A stretch of DNA of 64,000 bases from Candidatus Saccharimonadota bacterium (GTDB taxonomy: Bacteria; Patescibacteriota; Saccharimonadia; Saccharimonadales; Saccharimonadaceae), in contig CAWVEQ010000012.1 of the NCBI GenBank assembly GCA_963928385.1, positions 32,957-96,956 of the forward strand. The letters are read 5' to 3'. Every line of letters starts with the position of its first letter. Within the stretch, counting starts at the first letter, position 1. Shown piece after piece: positions 57,103 to 64,000 of the stretch. The notes under the pieces were generated by a model. That model made no database searches and was not told the DNA's origin. It was given only the letters and a program-made list of their open reading frames with translations. The translations under genes were made by a program, and so were the position numbers.

Positions 57103-59559
57103 ATGAAACGATACGAACCACTAGCAATTGAGAAAAAGTGGCAGGATATTTGGGCGAACGAGCGCACCTATGCTGCTGTTGATGGCGACATAACTCGGCC
57201 CAAGCTATATGCTGCCGAGATGTTTCCTTATCCATCTGGGGCGGGTTTGCACGTTGGTCACGTGCGTAACTTTACCATTGTGGACGTAATTGCGCGATTC
57301 TATCGCCAGCAGGGCTATAACGTTTTGCGCCCTATTGGCTGGGATACCTTTGGTCTGCCAGCCGAGAATTACGCCATTAAAACGGGTGAATCACCAAAAA
57401 AGACTACGGCGCAGAACATCGCTAATTTTAAGAAGCAGTATCAGCGTCTAGGCATGGCGGTGGATTGGAGCCGTGAAATTAATACCTCTGACCCAGAATA
57501 CTATCGCTGGACCCAGTGGTGTTTCGAGCAGCTATTTAAGGCGGGCCTAGCCTATCAAAAGGAAAGCTATCAGTGGTGGTGTCCCGTGGATAAAACAGTC
57601 TTAGCTAACGAGCAGGTCGAGGGTGGCAAGTGCTGGCGCTGTGGCTCTGAGGTCGAAAAGAAAAAGATGAAGCAGTGGTTCTTTAAGATTACCGACTATG
57701 CCGACCAACTACTAGAGGGCCTAGACGAGATTGATTGGCCGACTAAGATTAAGACGATGCAGCGCAACTGGATTGGTCGCAGTCAAGGCGCCGAGGTCGA
57801 GTTTAAGGTTGATGGTGACGGCCAAGTCATTCGAGTCTTTACCACTCGCCCGGACACCTTGTTCGGTGCTACCTTCCTAGTCTTGGCACCAGAGCATAAA
57901 TTGGTGACTGAGCTGACAACTGACGATAATCGTGAAGCAGTGGAATCGTATTGCCGCGAAGCCATTCGCAAGTCAGAGATTGAACGCCAGGGCGACCATA
58001 ATAAGACAGGCGTCTTTACCGGTAGCTATGCGATTAATCCTGCCACTGGGGCAAAAATGCCTATTTGGGTGGCCGATTATGTTCTAGCAGGTTACGGCGA
58101 GGGCGCAATTATGGCAGTGCCTGCACATGATCAGCGCGATTATGACTTTGCTCGTAAATATGATTTACCAATTATTAAGGTCATCGACCCGACTGAGGAC
58201 GTTGATGATAACGATGTAATTGATTTCTACTCGGGCGAAGGGCAGCTAATTAACAGCGGTGACTTTGACGGCATATCAACCAGTGATGCGCGCGAACAAA
58301 TCGTAGCATGGCTAGAGGAGCGGGGTATCGGTCACGGTAAAGTGACTTACAAAATGCGCGATTGGCTGATTTCGCGCCAGCGGTATTGGGGTGCACCAAT
58401 CCCAATTATTCATTGCCCTCATTGTGGTAACGTAGCAGTACCTGAGGAAGACCTGCCGGTTATGCTGCCGGATATTGATGACTATCTACCATCAGGTGAC
58501 GGTCGGTCACCGCTGGCCAAGGTTGAATCATGGGTTAACACGACCTGTCCGCAGTGCGGTCGCCCAGCTAAGCGTGAGACGGACACAATGGACGGTTATG
58601 CCTGTTCGTCATGGTATCTGTGGCGCTACACTGATGCTCGTAATGATAAGCAGGCTTGGGACCCGGCCAAGGTTAACTACTGGGCGCCACTGGATTTTTA
58701 TGTTGGTGGTGATCACGCTGTGGCGCATTTACTGTATGTCCGTTTCTGGACCAAGTTCTTTGCCGAGCAGGACAAGCTGGGCTTTACCGAGCCGGTCAAA
58801 CGCTTGCTGTACAACGGGTACATTAACGCGCCAGACGGCCGCAAAATGAGCAAGAGTAAGGGGAATGTCATCGACCCATTGGACGTTATTGACAGCGGCT
58901 ACGGTGCCGATACCCTGCGTACCTACGAAATGTTTATCGGCCCGTACGATTTAGATGCGGCATGGAGTACTGGTGGCATCGGTGGTGTCTACCGCTTCCT
59001 AAACCGGTGCTGGAATCTGGTTCAGGAATTCCTGGATGATGATCGCACGGCAAAGTTGAATCAGGATGCTAAAACACAGTTGCTGCGTGCCCAACATATG
59101 GCGATCAAGCGAGTAACTAACGATTTATACAACGCTCAGTTTAATACCGCCGTGTCGGCGTTGATGGAGTATCTAAATGCGCTAACTAAGCTGAAGGCTG
59201 CTGGTTTTGACGATAAACTATGGCGTGGGGCGCTGGGTGATATGTGTCAGTTGTTGGCACCATTTGCACCACATATCGCTAACGAAATGTACGCCCAGAT
59301 GAACGGTGAGACTAGCCGACTGGACGCAGTTGAATGGCCTAAGTATGACGAGCAGTATCTGGTGGCGGATACTGTTAAGATCGCTGTTCAGGTTAACGGT
59401 AAGTTGCGCGGTGAAGTCGAAGTGGCTAAGGACGCCGACCAGGCGACGGTTGAGCGGCTAGCCTTAGAACAGGCTAACGTTGCCCGCTTTACCGATGGTA
59501 AGGAAATCGTCAAGAAGATCTACGTACCGGGCAAGATCCTCAACTTAGTTGTAAAATAG
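57103..59559 (+). CDS. leuS: Leucyl-tRNA synthetase
   Basis: It has the HVGH (HIGH) and KMSKS motifs, the CP1 editing domain, and is 818 aa. Confidence 0.95.
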   Translation: MKRYEPLAIEKKWQDIWANERTYAAVDGDITRPKLYAAEMFPYPSGAGLHVGHVRNFTIVDVIARFYRQQGYNVLRPIGWDTFGLPAENYAIKTGESPKKTTAQNIANFKKQYQRLGMAVDWSREINTSDPEYYRWTQWCFEQLFKAGLAYQKESYQWWCPVDKTVLANEQVEGGKCWRCGSEVEKKKMKQWFFKITDYADQLLEGLDEIDWPTKIKTMQRNWIGRSQGAEVEFKVDGDGQVIRVFTTRPDTLFGATFLVLAPEHKLVTELTTDDNREAVESYCREAIRKSEIERQGDHNKTGVFTGSYAINPATGAKMPIWVADYVLAGYGEGAIMAVPAHDQRDYDFARKYDLPIIKVIDPTEDVDDNDVIDFYSGEGQLINSGDFDGISTSDAREQIVAWLEERGIGHGKVTYKMRDWLISRQRYWGAPIPIIHCPHCGNVAVPEEDLPVMLPDIDDYLPSGDGRSPLAKVESWVNTTCPQCGRPAKRETDTMDGYACSSWYLWRYTDARNDKQAWDPAKVNYWAPLDFYVGGDHAVAHLLYVRFWTKFFAEQDKLGFTEPVKRLLYNGYINAPDGRKMSKSKGNVIDPLDVIDSGYGADTLRTYEMFIGPYDLDAAWSTGGIGGVYRFLNRCWNLVQEFLDDDRTAKLNQDAKTQLLRAQHMAIKRVTNDLYNAQFNTAVSALMEYLNALTKLKAAGFDDKLWRGALGDMCQLLAPFAPHIANEMYAQMNGETSRLDAVEWPKYDEQYLVADTVKIAVQVNGKLRGEVEVAKDADQATVERLALEQANVARFTDGKEIVKKIYVPGKILNLVVK

Positions 59560-59583
59560 CCGATAGCCCTATAAATAAATAAA

Positions 59584-59636
59584 CTTGCCTCCTCTGCTAG
59601 GGGAGGTGACTTGCGTAGTAAGTCGGTGGGGTTATT
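59584..59636 (+). repeat. Copy 2 of the 53-nt two-hairpin element (copy 1 at 2120-2172), here in a convergent intergenic region
   Basis: 48 of 53 positions are identical. Hairpin 2 reads GACUUGC-GUA-GUAAGUC, with paired changes relative to copy 1. Confidence 0.55.
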
Positions 59637-59787
59637 CAGGCTCTCGGCTACCTATAACTATAAAGTTCCCTTGAGATTCAAGGGGGAGCGGTGCCAGTGG
59701 CACTGCGAGTAGGAGTACCTCTGGCCAGCCAGAGGTACGACGATACCGTAGCGCGAGCATAGCGAGTGGCTGAGGGTTTGAGGTTAC

Positions 59788-60420
59788 TTACTCATTCCCA
59801 CCATTTTCACTATAATCTGGCGCATATAGGATGTCACCAGGATGAATCAGGTCCAAGTTGCCATCATGGTCGGGATCTAACACGTCCTGGTTGGCTTCCA
59901 TGCCCTGCATATCGCGGTAAATCTGATTGACGTCGCGTGGCGCGTTAGGATCATCATCGCGGACTTCGCCGGCAATGCTTAGTGGTGTATCGCCGTCACT
60001 TACCACATACTCCTTGCCGGGTTGCAAATCGTTTAGTTCTGGTCCGCGAGTCTCGGCCAGTTTGTTGGCTCCGACTACAATTCCTGTGGATGTTGCTATG
60101 ACGGCGAGTACGGTTAGGGCTTTGCGAAGTAACCCTCGTCTCGATTCTTGGTCACGTTCACGGTCAAAATCATCATGAAAGTCATCTATGTCGTTATCGG
60201 GGATATGAAAGTTGCCATCATCACCGCCATTACCGCGCCCACCTTCAATCACTTGCCAGCGGCTGGCGGGGTCGTAGTTATCGGTATCGCCAAAGTCATC
60301 GCCGCGCTCGGTGTCCTCTAATACACCGTCGGCGTTATCATCATAACCACGTATGTGGGCTAAATTCTGTTCGCGAGTAACTAAACGTGTTGGTTTCATG
60401 CGGTTGTTCATTCGTTCCAT
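59788..60420 (-). CDS. Membrane-anchored acidic protein with a LysM-like C-terminal domain
   Basis: It has a single TM segment (ALTVLAVIATSTGIVVGA). The pattern YVVSDGDTPLSIAGEV...HPGDILYAP is LysM-like. Confidence 0.5.
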   Translation of the reverse strand: MERMNNRMKPTRLVTREQNLAHIRGYDDNADGVLEDTERGDDFGDTDNYDPASRWQVIEGGRGNGGDDGNFHIPDNDIDDFHDDFDRERDQESRRGLLRKALTVLAVIATSTGIVVGANKLAETRGPELNDLQPGKEYVVSDGDTPLSIAGEVRDDDPNAPRDVNQIYRDMQGMEANQDVLDPDHDGNLDLIHPGDILYAPDYSENGGNE

Positions 60421-60566
60421 AATGACAACAGTTTACCATAAACGTAATATAAAGTCAACATATTGTCAACAATTAGACAATATAACGCCGATAATGGCAA
60501 CTTGAAATAATTAGCCACTACTGGTAGAATATAGCCAATCTGTGTAAATAAGTAAGGAGAATATAA

Positions 60567-60719
60567 ATGGGTAAACCAAAGAAGCAGACCAGCCCTCGTC
60601 GGACTGGCAACCGACGTAGCCATTTGATTCTAAAGCTGGCCCGCAAGGTCAACGCCAAGTCACCGGTCAAGGTCGTCACAACTAAGAATGACACCGGTAA
60701 AGCTGCGTTAACAAAATAG
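60567..60719 (+). CDS. rpmF: 50S ribosomal protein bL32
   Basis: It is a 50-aa ORF below the ORF-track cutoff. MGKPKKQTSPRRTGNRRSH matches the L32 N-terminal signature. The RBS is AAGGAG. Confidence 0.8.
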   Translation: MGKPKKQTSPRRTGNRRSHLILKLARKVNAKSPVKVVTTKNDTGKAALTK

Positions 60720-60757
60720 TCTACGTAATTTAACAGATAGAGGCGGGGAGTTTTAAA

Positions 60758-61267
60758 ATGGCAAGTAATCGGCATTTAGGTAGGATTATCGCACTGCAAA
60801 CGCTGTATGAATATGACTTTCGTGAACGTCTAGGCGACGATACGATTGACCTGCAGCAAATTCTGAACCGTAATTTAGAACGGTATCAGGATAAAATTGA
60901 GGACAAGGATTTTGTTAGCAAGCTAACCATTGGAGTCAACCGTGCTGGTCGGCAATTGGATGCAGTCATTGCACCAGTTGCTCCTGATTGGCCACTTAAC
61001 CAGATTGCTATCATTGATCGGGATATCCTGCGAATGGCAGTGTTTGAGCTAACCGAATTTGCTGGGGCTGTGCCGCCCAAAGTAGCCATCAACGAGGCTG
61101 TTGAACTGGCTAAGTCGTTTGGGTCCGAGAACTCCTCGCGCTTTATTAATGGCGTCTTAGGCACTATTTGGCGTCATATGAACGAGGAGAGCGATGAGCA
61201 GGGCAAGCAATCAGAACAAACGGCACCAGCAGCGGCGCCAGGCCAAGAATCGCCAACAACTAAGTAG
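60758..61267 (+). CDS. nusB: Transcription antitermination factor NusB
   Basis: Its N-terminus RIIALQTLYEYDF and the segment INEAVELAKSFG..S.RFINGVLG are typical of NusB. Confidence 0.85.
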   Translation: MASNRHLGRIIALQTLYEYDFRERLGDDTIDLQQILNRNLERYQDKIEDKDFVSKLTIGVNRAGRQLDAVIAPVAPDWPLNQIAIIDRDILRMAVFELTEFAGAVPPKVAINEAVELAKSFGSENSSRFINGVLGTIWRHMNEESDEQGKQSEQTAPAAAPGQESPTTK

Positions 61268-61940
61268 GGCTGATGCGCCGGCTCTGTCGGCTCGTATCCA
61301 TAAGGAGAACGGGCAGACGCGCAGTCGTCAGCGACGGGCCGATTGGATTAAGCGTAAAGAGGCTGAGCGCAAGGCTGCGGCCAAGAAGTCGCTAGCTAAC
61401 ACTAGTGCGGCAGCTAAGCCGTTAGTGCGTGGTAATTTGCAACGAGTTATGACACGATCGGGTAGTGGCCGATCGGCAATCTCGGAAATCTCGCGTGAGG
61501 CGACGGCTGGCGGTGTAATCTATCGGATCAATAAATATGGCGGTCTGGAAATTCTGTTGGTAGCCGACCACTTCGACCGATGGACCATCCCCAAGGGGCA
61601 CATTGAGGAGGGAGAAACCGCCCAGGAAACGGCTATTCGCGAAATTGGCGAGGAGGCTGGTGTTCACCAATTAGAGCCAGTCTGTTGGTTGGGTAAAATC
61701 CACTTTCGCTATCGTCGCGAGAATATCCTGGTGCTGATGAGCACGCAGATTTATCTGTTTAAGGCACTGGGCGATACCAATGACATCCAAAAGGAAGACT
61801 GGATGAATGGAATTAAATGGTTTAGTTATGATAAAGCGGTAGATATCATCGCCTATCGGGATATTGCTAAGTTAATTCGGCTGGGTCGACGCCGGCTAGA
61901 GCAGAGAGGAGAAATCGAAAGTCGTGATGAACGATACTAA
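61194..61940 (+). CDS. NUDIX hydrolase with a possible basic N-terminal extension
   Basis: It has the Nudix box GHIEEGETAQETAIREIGEEAGV. The maximal ORF overlaps nusB by 74 nt, and an alternative start is the ATG at 61449. Confidence 0.75.
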   Translation: MSRASNQNKRHQQRRQAKNRQQLSRADAPALSARIHKENGQTRSRQRRADWIKRKEAERKAAAKKSLANTSAAAKPLVRGNLQRVMTRSGSGRSAISEISREATAGGVIYRINKYGGLEILLVADHFDRWTIPKGHIEEGETAQETAIREIGEEAGVHQLEPVCWLGKIHFRYRRENILVLMSTQIYLFKALGDTNDIQKEDWMNGIKWFSYDKAVDIIAYRDIAKLIRLGRRRLEQRGEIESRDERY

Positions 61941-62778
61941 ACACAAACACGTTGAAATTGTGTCAACCGAACTTAGCGGAGTGCGCTATCGACGGGCTGA
62001 TGAGCCATATGTGCCGGCAATCGACGGCGTAGACTTTGCGCCATATCAGGAGTGGGCAGAGACGACACTGGGCTACACCTTTCACGACCCAACATTACTG
62101 GTTACAGCTCTGACTCACCGTAGCTACGTAAACGAGCATCGACGCTTGGCGCGGTCGCACAACGAGCGCCTAGAATTCCTGGGTGATGCTGTGCTGGAGT
62201 TGGTGGTCACGGACTACCTATTTCGCACTTTTGATGCGCCCGAGGGTATTATGACCGCTTGGCGTTCGGCGCTAGTGCGAACGGAATCAATTCGTGATGC
62301 TGGCGAAGAGTTGGGCTATGCGCCACTGGTGCGCATGTCGAAGGGTGAGCGCAGTGGTACTGAGCAGGCTAAGCTACATATTGTGGCGAACTGTTTTGAG
62401 GCGCTGGTTGGTGCGGTCTATCTAGATCAGGGCTATGCTGCTGCTACCAATTTGATCAAAAAGTATATTTTGAATAATATTGAGAAGATTCTGACTGAAG
62501 GGTCGTGGCGTGATTCCAAGTCCTACCTACAAGAAATTACCCAGCAGCAAGAGTCGGGTACGCCAGTTTATCATTTGCTGGACGAATCGGGGCCTGACCA
62601 TGCAAAGAGCTTTACAGTGGCAGTCTATATCGGCGAGCGTAAAATGGGCCAGGGTACCGGCAGCAGTAAGCAACATGCTCAGCAGGCCGCTGCCCGCGAG
62701 GCGATCAAAAAGTACGCCGCCGAGGGTGTCGTGCTGGTTGGCACTGGGCTGGCCCGACCAACGACTAAGACATCTTGA
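61924..62778 (+). CDS. rnc: Ribonuclease III
   Basis: It has the signature ERLEFLGDAVL and a C-terminal dsRBD (PDHAKSFTV..GSSKQHAQQAAA). Confidence 0.9.
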   Translation: MMNDTKHKHVEIVSTELSGVRYRRADEPYVPAIDGVDFAPYQEWAETTLGYTFHDPTLLVTALTHRSYVNEHRRLARSHNERLEFLGDAVLELVVTDYLFRTFDAPEGIMTAWRSALVRTESIRDAGEELGYAPLVRMSKGERSGTEQAKLHIVANCFEALVGAVYLDQGYAAATNLIKKYILNNIEKILTEGSWRDSKSYLQEITQQQESGTPVYHLLDESGPDHAKSFTVAVYIGERKMGQGTGSSKQHAQQAAAREAIKKYAAEGVVLVGTGLARPTTKTS

Positions 62779-62859
62779 TTTATACCACTGTTTCTAGTAG
62801 AATATGGACAATCCGTCATAGAGTAATCTAAATATATTAGTAGAACAATAAGGAGACTA

Positions 62860-63231
62860 ATGCTAACAATTCGTTTACAGCGTATGGGCAAGACCCACTA
62901 TGCAACCTATCGTGTAGTTGTTCAGGATGTTCGTCAACATCCATCTAGTGGTAAAGTCGTAGCCTACGTCGGCTCATACAATCCACACACTAAGGAAGTT
63001 CAGTTGGACAAGGAATCGGCAACCAAGTATCTGACCAATGGCGCTCAACCAACCGAGCGTGTAGCCAAGATTCTGGCGGGCGAGGGTATCGAGCTGCCTA
63101 AGTGGGTTAAGACTGGTAACACCGAGCGCAAGCGCGCTATTCGTAATCCAGAAAAGCTGCGCAAGAATCAGCCTAAGGAAGAGGAAGCTCCAGCCGAGGA
63201 GGCTGCCGAGGCTACTGAAGCGGCAGAGTAG
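62860..63231 (+). CDS. rpsP: 30S ribosomal protein bS16
   Basis: It begins with the typical S16 N-terminus MLTIRLQRMGKTHYATYRVVV. Confidence 0.93.
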   Translation: MLTIRLQRMGKTHYATYRVVVQDVRQHPSSGKVVAYVGSYNPHTKEVQLDKESATKYLTNGAQPTERVAKILAGEGIELPKWVKTGNTERKRAIRNPEKLRKNQPKEEEAPAEEAAEATEAAE

Positions 63232-63265
63232 CCGGGCTGAATAGCATAGGCACAATCAGTTGTTA

Positions 63266-63299
63266 CCACCTGAGTCAATTGCGCTCAGGTGGCTTTTTT
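63266..63299 (+). terminator. Rho-independent terminator/attenuator after rpsP
   Basis: A perfect 9-bp stem CCACCTGAG/CTCAGGTGG is followed by CTTTTTT. Confidence 0.75.
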
Positions 63300-63334
63300 G
63301 TTAGAATAACCATAGCATAAAACAGGAGGCGGAG

Positions 63335-63757
63335 ATGATTGAACAGCAGTTTGTTGAATATGTCGTGAAGGAGCTGGTAGATAATCCCGACCAGGTTCAT
63401 ATAGAGCGCAGTGAGGATAATCGCGGGGTGCTGCTAGAGTTGTCGGTTGCTCCAGAGGATTTAGGTCGTGTAATTGGTCGCCATGGTGCAACAGCTCAGA
63501 GTCTGCGTAGCCTGTTGCGAGCACTGGGCGTTAAGAATGGTGCGCGCTATAACCTAAAGATTGTTGATACTGATCAAGGCGCAGGGCAGGGTACCGCTGA
63601 CGAGCCTAATGTTGCCGGCGATAATGCAACTACAACAGAAAACGCTGAATCTGTCGACACTGTGGAAAAAGCCGACGGTGACAATGTGGAAAACACTCTG
63701 AGTCGCGCAGAAAAGTTACGCGAAGACCTTGCGGAATTGGATGACCTTGATATATAA
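63335..63757 (+). CDS. KH-domain RNA-binding protein (YlqC/UPF0109-like) with an acidic C-terminal tail
   Basis: It has the GRVIGRHGATAQSLRSL KH motif and the conserved position between rpsP and trmD. Confidence 0.75.
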   Translation: MIEQQFVEYVVKELVDNPDQVHIERSEDNRGVLLELSVAPEDLGRVIGRHGATAQSLRSLLRALGVKNGARYNLKIVDTDQGAGQGTADEPNVAGDNATTTENAESVDTVEKADGDNVENTLSRAEKLREDLAELDDLDI

Positions 63758-63820
63758 TACAGTCAGTTCGAAAATGTGCGCGAACTCAAAATAAAATGCG
63801 AGATTTATTTGTGCTAAAAA

Positions 63821-63845
63821 GCCACCCCATCGTGGGTGGCTTTTT
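63821..63845 (+). terminator. Rho-independent terminator
   Basis: It forms a GCCACCC-catcgt-GGGTGGC hairpin followed by TTTTT. Confidence 0.75.
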
Positions 63846-63866
63846 GGTGTACAATATTACCATCCT

Positions 63867-64000
63867 ATGAAAAAATTCCTAGTTATCACCCTATTCCCTG
63901 AAATGTTTGACGGCGTCCTGAATTCGTCCATGATGTGGAAAGCACAAAAGGACGGCGCGGTCGAGTTCCAGCTATTGAACCTGCGTGATTTTGGCCTGGG
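63867..64000 (+). CDS. trmD: tRNA (guanine37-N1)-methyltransferase TrmD, 3'-truncated by the window edge
   Basis: The N-terminus MKKFLVITLFPEMFDGVL matches the TrmD LFPEMF signature. It follows rpsP and the KH gene, as is typical. Confidence 0.85.
   Translation, partial: MKKFLVITLFPEMFDGVLNSSMMWKAQKDGAVEFQLLNLRDFGL

Overview
Compact bacterial chromosome segment, about 90% coding and mostly housekeeping: metG, leuS, ligA, mnmA, rsmA, thyA, murF-like, rpsP-KH-trmD, rpmF, nusB, rnc and eight tRNAs, all with encoded CCA. The overall look (small genes, many orphan envelope proteins, one G+C-rich alien gene) hints at a reduced epibiont-type genome such as Patescibacteria/Saccharibacteria, but there is no rRNA here and this is only an impression.

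Two accessory regions stand out.

(1) A complete type II-A CRISPR-Cas9 locus at 10.0-17.7 kb. It has an antisense tracrRNA upstream of cas9, cas9-cas1-cas2-csn2, a leader ending in ATTTGAG, and 8 perfect 36-nt repeats with 7 spacers. The trailer end is unusual. Instead of a degenerate terminal repeat there are two diverged copies of a cassette: CRISPR repeat, TATATAATATAAT, hairpin, RBS, then a 97/98-aa strongly acidic protein. The copies are separated by the 5' fragment of a phage-type gene that is cut off exactly at a variant orphan repeat. I consider this the best candidate for an undescribed system, either a repeat-linked anti-CRISPR or a Cas9-modulating cassette.

(2) A defence island downstream of tRNA-Leu at 32.7-44.9 kb. 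It contains RadC, an AbiL/RloAB-like ATPase pair and a type I R-M system whose hsdS and hsdR are split by two small acidic ORFs.

Other points of interest:
- a G+C-rich orphan gene with a consensus promoter
- a 53-nt two-hairpin element present twice with compensatory changes
- a LemA-HtpX-membrane cluster with tandem paralogs
- a possible small structured RNA downstream of ligA

All calls come from reading motifs in the supplied translations and the DNA. No database search was possible.
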